This document shows, in pieces, positions 17,950 to 28,234 of a stretch of 64,000 bases of DNA (positions are counted from its first letter, which is position 1; every line of letters begins with the position of its first letter). The stretch spans positions 7,051 to 71,050 of the forward strand of contig CADCOE010000045.1 in the NCBI GenBank assembly GCA_902802985.1, given 5' to 3'. The notes beneath the pieces were generated by a model, which had not been told where the DNA came from, ran no database searches, and saw only the letters and a program-made list of their open reading frames with translations. The DNA is from an uncultured Ruminococcus sp. (GTDB lineage Bacteria > Bacillota > Clostridia > Oscillospirales > Acutalibacteraceae). The translations under genes and the position numbers were made by a program.

Positions 17950-20544
17950 TTATGTTTTAACAACCAGTTCTTCGTTTTCTAAATCGATCGTAAGACAGGT
18001 TTCCGGCTCCAGATCTTCGGATATAATTTTTCTTGCCAATATGGTTTCTGCCTTGGACTGCAAAAACCTTTTCAGCGGACGAGCACCGTATATCGGATCA
18101 TATCCATTATTAACAATATAATTTTTAGCCGCATCAGTCACGGCAATATGAAGCTGTTTTTCGGAAAGTCTTTTTTCCAATTCTTTGATAAGCAGATCTA
18201 CAATACCGTAAATATTCTTCTTGGTAAGCGGCTTGTAAAAAACAATTTCGTCAAGTCTGTTAAGAAATTCCGGGCGGAAACTGCGTTTTAGTACAGACAT
18301 CACCCTATCACGTGCCGATTCACTGATTTCTCCGCTTTCTTCTATCCCGTCAAGAATAATATCCGAACCTAAGTTGGACGTTAGAATAATGATCGTATTT
18401 TTAAAATCCACTGTTCTTCCCTGACTGTCGGTAACTCTGCCGTCATCAAGTACTTGAAGCAGTATATTGAATACATCGGGGTGTGCTTTTTCAACTTCGT
18501 CAAACAGAATAACGGCATAGGGTTTTCTCCGCACCGCTTCCGTCAGCTGACCACCCTCATCATAGCCGACATATCCGGGAGGTGCTCCTATCAAACGTGA
18601 AACGGAATGTTTCTCCATATATTCACTCATATCAATACGTATCATATTATGTTCATCATCAAAAAGTGCTTGTGCCAACGCTTTGGCAAGCTCTGTTTTG
18701 CCGACACCTGTTGGTCCGAGAAACAGAAATGAACCGATCGGACGTTTTGGGTCTTGAATACCGGCACGTGAACGAAGAATAGCATCGCACACTTTTTGGA
18801 CTGCTTCCTCCTGTCCAATGACGCGTTGATGAATAGTATCGTCAAGATGGAGCAATTTTTCTCTTTCTCCCTCCATCAGCTTTGACACCGGTATACCCGT
18901 CCACCTTGCTACAATCCGTGCAATCTCCTCTTCTGTCACACGATCACGTAAAAGGGTGTTTTTATTTTCCTCAGCGAGTTTTTCCTGCTGTTCCAATTCT
19001 TTCTGCAGCGGAGGAAGCTTACCATATTTCAGTTCTGCCGCACGTCCGAGATCGTATTCATTTTGTGCTTTTTCTATCTGAGCATTGGTTTGTTCAATTT
19101 CTTCACGCAATTTTTGAACTTTTTCGATTGCCTGCTTTTCATTATCCCACTTAGCCTTCATTGAATTGAAGCTCTCACGATAATTCGCTAATTCTTCTTT
19201 TATCTGGGCAAGATGTTCCAGTGACAGTTTATCCGTTTCTTTCTGAAGGGCAGCTTCCTCAATCTCGAGCTGCATAATCTTATGGGAAATCGTATCCATT
19301 TCGATTGGCATACTGTCAATTTCTGTTTTGATCAGGGCACAGGCTTCATCCACAAGGTCGATCGCTTTATCCGGTAAAAAACGATCCGAAATATATCTGT
19401 TTGACAAGACCGCCGCTGCAATGAGTGCTTGATCCTGAATTTTTACACCGTGATATACTTCATAACGTTCTTTAATTCCTCTCATAATGGAAATACAATC
19501 CTCTACACTCGGCTCGCTGACCAAAACCGGCTGAAAACGCCTTTCCAAAGCCGGATCCTTTTCAATATATTGACGATATTCATTGAGTGTTGTAGCACCG
19601 ACACAATGCAGTTCTCCCCGTGCAAGCATCGGTTTTAGAAGATTGCCGGCATCCATCGCACCATCACTTTTGCCTGCTCCCACGATGGTGTGTAATTCAT
19701 CAATAAACAGAATAATATTTCCGTTACTGTTTTTGACTTCGTTGAGTACCGCCTTCAGACGTTCCTCAAACTCTCCTCTAAATTTAGCACCTGCTATCAA
19801 TGCACCCATATCCAGTGAAAACAGTTTTCTGTTTTTCAAATTATCGGGAACGTCTCCTCTTACAATTCTCAGTGCCAATCCTTCTGCGATCGCTGTTTTG
19901 CCGACACCGGGCTCTCCGATCAGACAGGGATTATTTTTCGTTTTACGGGAGAGAATACGAATAACATTTCTAATCTCATCATCACGTCCGATGACCGGAT
20001 CAAGCTTTTGCTGATAGGCAAGCTCCACCAGATCCTGACCATATTTTTTCAAAACATCATAAGTATCTTCCGGACTGTCTGTGGTGACTCTTTGATTTCC
20101 TCTGATGTCTTTCAGTGCATTAAGAAAAGCGGATACCGTAATTCTTTCCTCTGTCAGAAGCTTACGGATATTATCCTGTGGTTTCAGAAGGATACCCAGC
20201 ATAATATGTTCTACTGACACATATTCATCTTTCATTTTATCTGCCTGATCTTGTGCTTCCTTGAGTGCGGCATCCACTTCATTAGATACATATATTCTTT
20301 GTGGATCCACTCCGCTTCCACTCACTTTGGGAATTTTATCAATTTCACGTTCCAATGATTGTTCGATATGGTCAACAGATGCTCCTATTTTTCTGATCAT
20401 TTCTGCTATCAAGCCATCCTGCTGAGAGACTAGTGCCATTAAAAGATGTTCTTGACGCATCTGTTGATTTCCGTATTCCACTTTAATGTCTTGTGCTGTT
20501 TTAACCGCTTCTATGCTTTTTTGCGTAAAATTCTGAAGATCCAT
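17950..20544 (-). CDS. clpB: ATP-dependent chaperone ClpB
   Basis: It has two AAA+ modules ([18 protein letters not shown]) separated by a long coiled-coil middle domain. The track start at 20550 is a GTG, and ATG 20544 follows GGAG by 5 nt. Confidence 0.95.
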   Translation of the reverse strand: MDLQNFTQKSIEAVKTAQDIKVEYGNQQMRQEHLLMALVSQQDGLIAEMIRKIGASVDHIEQSLEREIDKIPKVSGSGVDPQRIYVSNEVDAALKEAQDQADKMKDEYVSVEHIMLGILLKPQDNIRKLLTEERITVSAFLNALKDIRGNQRVTTDSPEDTYDVLKKYGQDLVELAYQQKLDPVIGRDDEIRNVIRILSRKTKNNPCLIGEPGVGKTAIAEGLALRIVRGDVPDNLKNRKLFSLDMGALIAGAKFRGEFEERLKAVLNEVKNSNGNIILFIDELHTIVGAGKSDGAMDAGNLLKPMLARGELHCVGATTLNEYRQYIEKDPALERRFQPVLVSEPSVEDCISIMRGIKERYEVYHGVKIQDQALIAAAVLSNRYISDRFLPDKAIDLVDEACALIKTEIDSMPIEMDTISHKIMQLEIEEAALQKETDKLSLEHLAQIKEELANYRESFNSMKAKWDNEKQAIEKVQKLREEIEQTNAQIEKAQNEYDLGRAAELKYGKLPPLQKELEQQEKLAEENKNTLLRDRVTEEEIARIVARWTGIPVSKLMEGEREKLLHLDDTIHQRVIGQEEAVQKVCDAILRSRAGIQDPKRPIGSFLFLGPTGVGKTELAKALAQALFDDEHNMIRIDMSEYMEKHSVSRLIGAPPGYVGYDEGGQLTEAVRRKPYAVILFDEVEKAHPDVFNILLQVLDDGRVTDSQGRTVDFKNTIIILTSNLGSDIILDGIEESGEISESARDRVMSVLKRSFRPEFLNRLDEIVFYKPLTKKNIYGIVDLLIKELEKRLSEKQLHIAVTDAAKNYIVNNGYDPIYGARPLKRFLQSKAETILARKIISEDLEPETCLTIDLENEELVVKT

Positions 20545-21103
20545 ATTCACTCCGCCCTTCCTATTGTCCGTTTATTGTAACCATATTTTATCATTCATAT
20601 TTTACATATCCGAATGTGATTATTTATACAGCTTTATATGCTTGTCGAGATAGTGATTATATACCATTCTTGTACAACCGGATGTCTTTGCGAGCATTGT
20701 TTTTATTCCAAATTGGGATATATTCTGAATTGATATGCTTTGTTCAATGCTCGTCACCACCAAATTTGTTATATTGACAATTATATCGTATCATCACATA
20801 GTTGGGATGTCAAGCATTATTTGCCCCTACGGGCTGACGGCAATTCATTTCTAATCTGTAGTGGTTGGAATATTCTTGCCGAGAGAGGATAAAAATTTAA
20901 AATTCAATCTTTTTGCTGCAATCATAAAATCAGTTCTCGGCAGCAGGCAGCGTATTCATACCCGAAATCGTTCTGTATCACGATGTCAAGCACTGATATG
21001 GGGCACTTTCAAACCGTTTAACAATGAAAAAATACCGATGACCTCAATTCTCTTTTCAAACTCATTTTTCCGTGTTATGATACAAGTGAAAGGAGGTAAT
21101 CGA

Positions 21104-21544
21104 ATGAAATTGAAATTAATCATTGATCCCACAAAAGACGAATTGATCGAAGCTACTATGAAAAGAAAAAACACCTTTTCTGACAGACTGGAAGAATTGG
21201 TACTGAATTACAATGGAGAGGACTCTATTATTGCCTATCGTGAAGATGAAATATATCAATTACCGTTTCACAAAATTGAATGTATCACCATTGTTAATAC
21301 GGTTACATACGCTATTGACTGCAAGGGCGATATGTATAAATTGAAAAACAGACTTTATGAGATAGAAGAGGTTTTGCCCTCTGGCTTTTTCAGAATTAAT
21401 AAATCTTCATTAGCGAGTAAACAGTATACCAAAAAATTTGCTATTACTTTTTCGGGAGCTGTTGATGTTATTTTCAAAAGCGGATACAAAGATTATGTTT
21501 CCCGCAGATGCTTTGCAAAAATTAAAAAGGAGTGGAATTTATGA
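21104..21544 (+). CDS. LytTR-domain DNA-binding protein without a receiver domain, 146 aa
   Basis: The C-terminal FFRINKSSLASKQY ... FKSGYKDYVSRR resembles a LytTR domain. The start was set at ATG 21104, 6 nt after AAGGAGGT. The track's 81 upstream codons begin at a GTG and have no support. Confidence 0.75.
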   Translation: MKLKLIIDPTKDELIEATMKRKNTFSDRLEELVLNYNGEDSIIAYREDEIYQLPFHKIECITIVNTVTYAIDCKGDMYKLKNRLYEIEEVLPSGFFRINKSSLASKQYTKKFAITFSGAVDVIFKSGYKDYVSRRCFAKIKKEWNL

Positions 21545-21957
21545 AAAAATTTATTATTGAATTTATCAAAAGAGGAGCACTTTTTGCAGGCTTAGGACCT
21601 CTAATTTTAGCAATCGTGTATCTTTTCCTTGCACAAAACGGAATTGTGGAAAGCGTGTCGGTCAATCAAATGGTAACAGAAATATTGACTTCTGTTTTGC
21701 TTGCTTTTATAGCTGCAGGTGTCTCTGCTGTATACACCCTGAAAAGAATTCATCACGTTATTGCCGGATTAATACAAGGCTCAGTACTTCTTTTAGATTA
21801 TCTGAGTATCTATTTGCTTAACGGCTGGATCCCCTATGACTTAAAAAGCATTATCACTTTTATTCTTATTTTTATCACAACATTTATCCTCATCTGGCTG
21901 ATTATTTACGTCAGTGTAAAACAACAAATTAAGAAGCTCAACAAAATGCTTCTATAA
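21541..21957 (+). CDS. DUF3021-like 4-TM membrane protein, 138 aa
   Basis: Its ATG overlaps the LytTR gene stop (ATGA). It has four hydrophobic segments. The LytTR plus DUF3021 pairing is a recurrent arrangement. Confidence 0.7.
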   Translation: MKKFIIEFIKRGALFAGLGPLILAIVYLFLAQNGIVESVSVNQMVTEILTSVLLAFIAAGVSAVYTLKRIHHVIAGLIQGSVLLLDYLSIYLLNGWIPYDLKSIITFILIFITTFILIWLIIYVSVKQQIKKLNKMLL

Positions 21958-21986
21958 ATCCTGCTTCTGACGAAAGTGAATAATAA

Positions 21987-22013
21987 ACAACCACCCGCTT
22001 GGCGGGTGGTTGT
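21987..22013. terminator. strong bidirectional intrinsic terminator
   Basis: A 12-bp ACAACCACCCGC / GCGGGTGGTTGT stem with a 3-nt loop, flanked by A/T-rich sequence. Confidence 0.8.
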
Positions 22014-22243
22014 ACTTATACAACAAAACCGCCTTCAGCAAGAGCGGTTAATCGTTTTGGTTTTCCGTAACCTCTGGTATTTCATCCCAAGATTTGTATT
22101 TTCTACTTTTTTGATAAGCAAGATGAACCTTCTTATCCTGTTTTTCTTGGGATAGATATTAGTGAATATGGCGGATTATCTATTATCGTATTATTGACAC
22201 TGTTATTATACCAGAGTGTGTTAGCACAAGTAAGGAAAGTATG

Positions 22244-23197
22244 TCACATATCAAAATAGGAAGTAAACCATACATCAGGTGCTGTAAAGGTTCTTCCATT
22301 AAGATAATTCAGAATACCGCCATCCTCAGTAAAATGAAAAGTTAATTTATGAGAATATAATGCTTGCCATTTATAACCCATTTTACGATTAATCTCATTT
22401 TTTCCATATTTTCCATCACCTAAAAGAGGATGTCCAATACTTGCAAGATGGGCTCGTATTTGGTGGGTTCTTCCGGTAAGCAAGTCCACTTCCAATAAAC
22501 TAAAATTATTTTTCTCAGCAATTACTCGGTATTGAGTTTTAATTGTTTTGGTATTGGGCGTGGGTTTTTTTGATATATAGACACGATTTTGCTTTTCATT
22601 TTTTTCAAGATAATCTATCAGCAATGCTTGTTTTTTCTTGAATATTCCTACCGCAATACATAGATATTGTTTTTGCAGTTCTCTATCTTTTAGCTTTTGA
22701 TTGAGAATACGAAGACTCTCGGCATTTTTGGCAGCAATCACAATCCCACCGGTATTTCTGTCAATACGATTAACAAGTGCCGGTGCAAATGAATTTTCCT
22801 GCCTGGGGTCATACTCTTTTTGGTCGTACAAATAATGTTGAACCCTTGCGATCAGTGAATCGAAATGATAGTGCTCATCAGGATGAACAATCAATCCCGG
22901 CTTTTTATTGAGAAGAAGTATATTTTCATCTTCATAAAGAATATCCAACTTAACAGGAGCTTTTAAAAAATCGTATTTATCGGGTACCGGTTCAAAAAAT
23001 TCATCTTTAATATACAAAGTCAATATATCGCCCTTTTCAAGACGACTGGATATTTCGCATCTTTTACCATTGAGCTTTATATACTTGGTACGAATGTATT
23101 TATACATCAATGCTTTGGGTAAACTGGGAAAACGCTTTGTCAAAAATTTATCCAAACGCTGACCACTGTCGTTTTTAGCAATTTCAATCTGTCGCAT
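22244..23197 (-). CDS. RluA-family (RluD-like) 23S rRNA pseudouridine synthase
   Basis: It has an N-terminal S4 domain (RLDKFLTKRF), the catalytic motif VNRIDRNTGGIVIAAK and GRTHQIRAHL. The start was set at ATG 23197 because the track start is a GTG. Confidence 0.9.
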   Translation of the reverse strand: MRQIEIAKNDSGQRLDKFLTKRFPSLPKALMYKYIRTKYIKLNGKRCEISSRLEKGDILTLYIKDEFFEPVPDKYDFLKAPVKLDILYEDENILLLNKKPGLIVHPDEHYHFDSLIARVQHYLYDQKEYDPRQENSFAPALVNRIDRNTGGIVIAAKNAESLRILNQKLKDRELQKQYLCIAVGIFKKKQALLIDYLEKNEKQNRVYISKKPTPNTKTIKTQYRVIAEKNNFSLLEVDLLTGRTHQIRAHLASIGHPLLGDGKYGKNEINRKMGYKWQALYSHKLTFHFTEDGGILNYLNGRTFTAPDVWFTSYFDM

Positions 23198-23327
23198 AAT
23201 ATCGTTCCTTTTGTATTGATACACACAGCTAAATTAGCTTATTTTAAGAACAACACCGCACACTTTATTGGTACGGTGTTGTTCTGTCCTTTCCATTATA
23301 CGATAAATTTCGGGATAATGCAAATCA

Positions 23328-23885
23328 TTATTTCAACTTCAAACCATCTTTAAATGCATTACCCGCTTTTTCTCCGATTTTATAATATCCGTGATGAACA
23401 GGATCAAAAGTAATTGGATGGAACTTTGTTAAATCTACCAATCCATCTTCACCAAGAATACGCTCATCGGCACTGACATTAATAATTTTACCAATATATT
23501 TGCCACCATCAATAATCTCTTTCAACTCACATTCAAGAGTCAACGGAAGCTCATTAATAATAGGTGCATTGACAAATTCGCTTTTGGTGACAGTAAACCC
23601 TGCTTTTTCAAGTTTATTTATTTCATTTTTACCCGACACCAATCCGACATAGTCACATTCTACAGTATGCTCGGCATCTGCAATGCTGATAGTAAAGGCT
23701 TTTGTTTTCATAATATTATCGGTGGTCTTGTGACTGCCAAGATCTATCATTACTTCATCTGCTCCTGCAATTCCTCCCCAAGCTGCATTCATCGCATTGG
23801 CAATTCCGTTTTCATCATACGTGCCAATGATCATAACCGGCTGCGGAAAAAGATAGGTTTTTGCTCCAAAGTTTTTTCTGTTCAT
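23328..23885 (-). CDS. flavin reductase-like (FMN-binding split-barrel) protein
   Basis: 185 aa with PQPVMIIGTYDENGIANAMNAAWGG, typical of the flavin reductase-like domain. Confidence 0.75.
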   Translation of the reverse strand: MNRKNFGAKTYLFPQPVMIIGTYDENGIANAMNAAWGGIAGADEVMIDLGSHKTTDNIMKTKAFTISIADAEHTVECDYVGLVSGKNEINKLEKAGFTVTKSEFVNAPIINELPLTLECELKEIIDGGKYIGKIINVSADERILGEDGLVDLTKFHPITFDPVHHGYYKIGEKAGNAFKDGLKLK

Positions 23886-23985
23886 TTTAGATTACCTCCA
23901 TTGATAATAAGTTTAATTTGTATTATACCACACCACAAGTAAAAAGCAAAATTTTCAGCAGTTGATGTATTATATAATATGACCA

Positions 23986-24486
23986 TCACTTTTTTAACAA
24001 CTGATATTCATAAACATAATCATCCATATAATATCCGCTGCCTATATCAATTTTTTCCGAACGAATACGAACAAAACCAAGTTTTTCATAGATATATTTT
24101 GTAACATTATGTTTATTGACATTCAAAGTGATCGAAGCTGCTTTCATTTTTCGTGCATTTTCTATTACAAAGTTCATCATTGTTCTGGCATAGCCTTTTC
24201 CTCTTGCACTTTTTTCAAGATAAAACTTACTCAGATACAATTCGTTTTCTTTTGGAACAAATGCAAGAAAACCTATGTTTTTATCATTCTCACACACAAA
24301 ATAATATTGATAGCCTTTTTGAAGCTGTTCAGTCAAAGAACTTACAGATTGAAATTGATTGATCATATAATCATTTTGCTCACTGCCCAATAGGGGATCA
24401 TAATATTCCTTGACAATAGACGAAGCTTCTTGTGAAAGAATTTTAATCTCTTCAGTGTCTCCCAAAATAATTTTTTTAAAGGTCAT
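23986..24486 (-). CDS. GNAT-family N-acetyltransferase
   Basis: It has the acetyl-CoA-binding motif RGKGYARTMMNFVIENARK. The start was set at ATG 24486 (RBS aagagggga). Confidence 0.85.
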   Translation of the reverse strand: MTFKKIILGDTEEIKILSQEASSIVKEYYDPLLGSEQNDYMINQFQSVSSLTEQLQKGYQYYFVCENDKNIGFLAFVPKENELYLSKFYLEKSARGKGYARTMMNFVIENARKMKAASITLNVNKHNVTKYIYEKLGFVRIRSEKIDIGSGYYMDDYVYEYQLLKK

Positions 24487-24500
24487 TCTATCCCCTCTTT

Positions 24501-24992
24501 TCAATTCAAATATTCTGATATATTCAGTTGTTCACCGTTCAGTACCGCATATTGCAGCCTTCGATTTTCATAGTGAAGCTTGAGTGAGAAGAAGGGAGAA
24601 GCTTCCGCAATTAGTTTCAAAAAAATCTTATCTCCCTCCCACATCGACAGTTCCCTGACAACTTTCTCTTTATCGACCCACATCAATTCTCCTTCATCGC
24701 TTTCTATCATATCGCCGGTAAATTTATCCGCAGTAAATAAAAACATATACTCGTGCCAATCACCTTCAGAAAACGTTATAACTCCTCTTAAGTGACAGCT
24801 CAACAGATCCAGTCCACTTTCTTCCTTTATTTCTCTGACAACACATTCCTCGGGACTCTCCCCTATCTCCATATGACCTCCCAACCCAAGCCATAAATCG
24901 TGGTTGGGATCGTTTTTCTTTTTTGTGCGGTGCATCATCAAGTATTGATGATCCTTTTCAATGTAACACAGTGTAGTAAGTTCTGTTTCCAT
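24501..24992 (-). CDS. NUDIX hydrolase (MutT-like)
   Basis: It has the Nudix box GGHMEIGESPEECVVREIKEESGL. Confidence 0.9.
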   Translation of the reverse strand: METELTTLCYIEKDHQYLMMHRTKKKNDPNHDLWLGLGGHMEIGESPEECVVREIKEESGLDLLSCHLRGVITFSEGDWHEYMFLFTADKFTGDMIESDEGELMWVDKEKVVRELSMWEGDKIFLKLIAEASPFFSLKLHYENRRLQYAVLNGEQLNISEYLN

Positions 24993-25075
24993 TCATTTTC
25001 TCCTTCCGTTATAGGTTATGGATTTAAGTTTATTATATTACTTATCGGCTCATATGTCAAAACTTTGTATATTCC

Positions 25076-25104
25076 TTGACAAATACATCAATATTGTCTA
25101 TAAT
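25076..25104 (+). promoter_or_regulatory. consensus sigma-A promoter of the que operon (TTGACA-17 nt-TATAAT)
   Basis: The sequence reads ttgaca aatacatcaatattgtc tataat. Confidence 0.7.
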
Positions 25105-25130
25105 CATTAAGGATGTTATTTAGATACACT

Positions 25131-25172
25131 GACAGTTCGTTTGCACCATCCTGTCATAAAACAAAACTAGGG
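25131..25172 (+). promoter_or_regulatory. preQ1-I riboswitch aptamer
   Basis: The sequence is GACAG-UUCGUUUGCACCAUC-CUGUC-AUAAAACAAAACUAGGG. It has a 5-bp P1, a loop starting UUC and ending CAC-C, and an A-rich tail ending ACUAGG. This compares with the B. subtilis queC element AGAGGUUCUAGCUACACCCUCUAUAAAAAACUAAGG. It lies directly upstream of queDE-folE-queCF. Confidence 0.65.
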
Positions 25173-25213
25173 CATACAAAATATGCGTAACTGTTTTATA
25201 AAGTAATCATTAC

Positions 25214-25249
25214 GGGTGCGACCAATGCAAAATGGTCTCACCCTTTTTT
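25214..25249 (+). terminator. intrinsic terminator (expression platform of the preQ1 riboswitch)
   Basis: A GGGTGCGACCA / TGGTCTCACCC stem is followed by TTTTTT and ends 12 nt before the queD ATG. Confidence 0.7.
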
Positions 25250-25261
25250 AAGGAGATTTTT

Positions 25262-25702
25262 ATGTATATTTTAAAAACATCGGCTTCTTTTGACAGTGCT
25301 CATTTTCTATACGGTTATAATGGCAAATGTGCCAATATTCACGGACATCACTGGATAATGGAAGTAGAAGTAAGCGGTGAAGTCTTACAAGAAAATGGTG
25401 TTAAAAAAGGAATGCTGATTGATTTCAGTGATTTAAAGCACGAGATCAAAAATCTCGCCGATCACTTTGACCATACACTGATTTATGAAGAAAACTCTTT
25501 GAAAACTTCTACCATATCAGCTTTGACAGAGGAAGGCTTTTCGCTGATGGCGGTACCATTTCGACCTACTGCCGAAAATTTTGCACGTTACTTTTATGAT
25601 GAACTGAAAACAAAACTTCTGCCTGTCACAACAGTGGCAGTTTATGAAACACCTGAAAATTGTGCTGTTTATCAACCATCTGATACGGAGGAACTACTAT
25701 GA
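25262..25702 (+). CDS. queD: 6-carboxy-5,6,7,8-tetrahydropterin synthase
   Basis: It has CANIHGHHW zinc ligands. The start was set at ATG 25262, 7 nt after AAGGAGA. The track start lies inside the terminator hairpin. Confidence 0.9.
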   Translation: MYILKTSASFDSAHFLYGYNGKCANIHGHHWIMEVEVSGEVLQENGVKKGMLIDFSDLKHEIKNLADHFDHTLIYEENSLKTSTISALTEEGFSLMAVPFRPTAENFARYFYDELKTKLLPVTTVAVYETPENCAVYQPSDTEELL

Positions 25703-26364
25703 TCCTCTATCCGGTCGTCGAACAATTTGTCAGTATCAACGGCGAAGGTACGAAAGCAGGTGAATTAGCGGTTTTTATTCGCTTTAGAAAGTGTAATCTG
25801 CGTTGCTCTTACTGTGATACAAAATGGGCAAATAGTGACAGTTCTCAAGCAAAAATGCTGACAGCCGACGATATTACGGAATATGTCAAGAATACACATA
25901 TCAAAAATGTCACATTAACAGGCGGCGAACCCTTGCTTCAAAAAGATATTGCTGTTCTAATCACTATGCTCATCAAAAACGGCAGTCACGTTGAAATCGA
26001 AACTAATGGCAGTATTTGTCTAAAAGAACTCGCTAACAGTACATATCGTCCCTATTTTACAATGGATTATAAACTTCCGTCAAGCGGTATGGAGCATTAT
26101 ATGAATATCAACAATTTCGATTATTTATCAGAACAAGATACAGTCAAGTTCGTTGCAGGAAGTATAGAAGATCTTAACTGTGCGAAAGAAATCATTCAAA
26201 AATATTCGTTAACAAAAAAATGCAAGGTGTATTTCAGCCCGGTATTTGGTAAAATTGAACCATCTGTCATCATCGAGTTTATGAAGGCAAACAGAATGAA
26301 TGATGTTAGGCTGCAACTTCAAATGCATAAATTGATATGGGATCCAAATGAAAGAGGTGTCTGA
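25699..26364 (+). CDS. queE: 7-carboxy-7-deazaguanine synthase (radical SAM)
   Basis: It has the FRKCNLRCSYCDT cluster motif. ATGA overlap with the queD stop. Confidence 0.9.
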   Translation: MILYPVVEQFVSINGEGTKAGELAVFIRFRKCNLRCSYCDTKWANSDSSQAKMLTADDITEYVKNTHIKNVTLTGGEPLLQKDIAVLITMLIKNGSHVEIETNGSICLKELANSTYRPYFTMDYKLPSSGMEHYMNINNFDYLSEQDTVKFVAGSIEDLNCAKEIIQKYSLTKKCKVYFSPVFGKIEPSVIIEFMKANRMNDVRLQLQMHKLIWDPNERGV

Positions 26365-26929
26365 ATTGGATAAAGAAAAAATAGCATATCACATCAGAGG
26401 ACTGCTGGAGGCAATTGGTGAAGATCCCGAACGCCCCGGTTTACGTGAAACGCCGATGCGTGTTGCCGGAATGTATGAGGAGATTTTTGAAGGAATACAG
26501 TACTCTAATCACGAAATCGCTCAAATGTTTGGAAAAACATTTGAGCTAGAGGACAATGGCAATTTTAATTCAGCTGTTGTAATGAAGGATATTACTGTAT
26601 TCAGTTATTGCGAGCACCATATGGCATTGATGTATGATATGAGGGTTAATGTTGCCTATCTCCCCAAAGGAAAAGTACTGGGCTTAAGTAAAATTGCCCG
26701 TATTTGTGATATGGCATCCAAACGACTGCAGCTTCAGGAACGTTTGGGCAGCGATATAGCCGCAATTATTGCAGAAGCCACCGGTTCCGATGATGTCGGT
26801 GTTAAAATCACAGGCTCGCACAGTTGTATGACTGCAAGAGGTATTCGTAATGTTTCTTCCCAAACCGTAACAAAGACATTAATTGGTGAATTTAAAAGCA
26901 ACAATGATTTGAAAAAACTTCTGGATTAA
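26348..26929 (+). CDS. folE: GTP cyclohydrolase I (type 1)
   Basis: It has EAIGEDPERPGL, FSYCEHHM and GSHSCMTARG. The true start may be TTG 26366, which follows AGAGGTG by 7 nt, rather than ATG 26348. Confidence 0.9.
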   Translation: MKEVSELDKEKIAYHIRGLLEAIGEDPERPGLRETPMRVAGMYEEIFEGIQYSNHEIAQMFGKTFELEDNGNFNSAVVMKDITVFSYCEHHMALMYDMRVNVAYLPKGKVLGLSKIARICDMASKRLQLQERLGSDIAAIIAEATGSDDVGVKITGSHSCMTARGIRNVSSQTVTKTLIGEFKSNNDLKKLLD

Positions 26930-26947
26930 AATATGAGGTGAGTTTTA

Positions 26948-27634
26948 ATGAAAGCATTAGTATTATTTAGCGGCGGTGTTGATTCTTCTACTTGTTTGGG
27001 ACTTGCCGTCCAAAAATACGGTGCACATAACATTTTGGCTCTTTCCGTGTTTTACGGACAAAAGCATCAAAAAGAAATGGATGCAGCAAAAAAAATAGCT
27101 GCCTATTACGGAGTATCGTTCAAAACACTGGATTTGTCACTTATTTTTGCTGACTCTGACTGTTCTCTGATAAGCGGTTCTTCTCAAGAAATCCCAAAGC
27201 AGAGCTATGCACAACAGTTATCCCAAACGAATGGAAAACCTGTATCCACTTATGTTCCTTTCCGAAACGGTTTATTTATTGCTTCTGCAGCAAGTATCGC
27301 TATTGCTCACGGCTGTGAAATGATTTATTATGGTGCTCACAGTGATGATGCTGCAGGTAATGCTTATCCCGATTGTAGTGATGCTTTCAACGAAGCAATC
27401 AATCGTGCTGTGTATCTTGGCAGCGGTAAACAACTGAAAGTGATTGCTCCCTTTGTCAATATGACTAAAACACAGATTGTTAAAATAGGGCTTGAAATCG
27501 CTGTTCCTTATGAACTGACTTGGAGTTGTTATGAAGGCAATGATCGTCCTTGCGGCATTTGTGGTACGTGCCGTGACAGAGCAAAGGCCTTTACTGAAAA
27601 CGGTACGGTTGATCCTGCATTCAAAAAGGAGTAA
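26948..27634 (+). CDS. queC: 7-cyano-7-deazaguanine synthase
   Basis: It has the LFSGGVDSS PP-loop and the C-terminal Zn motif CGICGTCRDR. Confidence 0.95.
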   Translation: MKALVLFSGGVDSSTCLGLAVQKYGAHNILALSVFYGQKHQKEMDAAKKIAAYYGVSFKTLDLSLIFADSDCSLISGSSQEIPKQSYAQQLSQTNGKPVSTYVPFRNGLFIASAASIAIAHGCEMIYYGAHSDDAAGNAYPDCSDAFNEAINRAVYLGSGKQLKVIAPFVNMTKTQIVKIGLEIAVPYELTWSCYEGNDRPCGICGTCRDRAKAFTENGTVDPAFKKE

Positions 27635-27640
27635 TATAAA

Positions 27641-28138
27641 ATGAACGAAAAAAATAGCAGTGAAAGAGATAGTATTACCTTACTCGGAAACAAAAATACC
27701 TCTTATAGCTTTGATTATAACCCCAATGTTTTGGAAACATTTCCAAACAAACATCCTCAAAATGATTATTTTGTTAAATTTAATTGTCCCGAATTCACCA
27801 GTCTCTGCCCTATCACCGGACAGCCGGATTTTGCAACTATTTATATTTCTTATATTCCTGCTGAAAGAATGGTAGAAAGCAAATCACTGAAATTATATTT
27901 ATTCAGCTTTCGTAATCACGGCGATTTCCACGAAGATTGTGTCAACATCATTATGAAAGATCTTATCAAGCTGATGGATCCCAAATACATTGAAGTTTGG
28001 GGAAAATTTTTACCACGTGGAGGCATCTCTATTGATCCATATTGCAACTATGGTATTCCGGGCACCAAATGGGAAAAACTCGCTTGGGAACGATTATCAC
28101 ATCACGACCTTTATCCTGAAATAATCAATAATCGCTAA
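27641..28138 (+). CDS. queF: NADPH-dependent 7-cyano-7-deazaguanine reductase (type I)
   Basis: 165 aa with [17 protein letters not shown] and [13 protein letters not shown]. Confidence 0.95.
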   Translation: MNEKNSSERDSITLLGNKNTSYSFDYNPNVLETFPNKHPQNDYFVKFNCPEFTSLCPITGQPDFATIYISYIPAERMVESKSLKLYLFSFRNHGDFHEDCVNIIMKDLIKLMDPKYIEVWGKFLPRGGISIDPYCNYGIPGTKWEKLAWERLSHHDLYPEIINNR

Positions 28139-28195
28139 AATAATGACTTTGCTATATACGTGTTTTTCACCGACATAGCAAAGTCATTATTTTTA
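28139..28195. terminator. bidirectional intrinsic terminator between convergent queF and thiE
   Basis: A 17-bp AATAATGACTTTGCTAT / ATAGCAAAGTCATTATT stem followed by a T run. Confidence 0.8.
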
Positions 28196-28234
28196 TCAAG
28201 AAAAATTTTTGTGGCAGTCCTCTTTTACATTGAC

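Noticed and set aside
20551-20860. CtsR box (GGTCAAA repeats) or CIRCE (TTAGCACTC-N9-GAGTGCTAA) upstream of clpB
   Set aside because: I found no match to either consensus on either strand.
20861-21103. N-terminal 81-codon extension of the LytTR ORF in the track
   Set aside because: It starts at a GTG without an RBS, whereas ATG 21104 follows a perfect AAGGAGGT. The extension has no domain signature.
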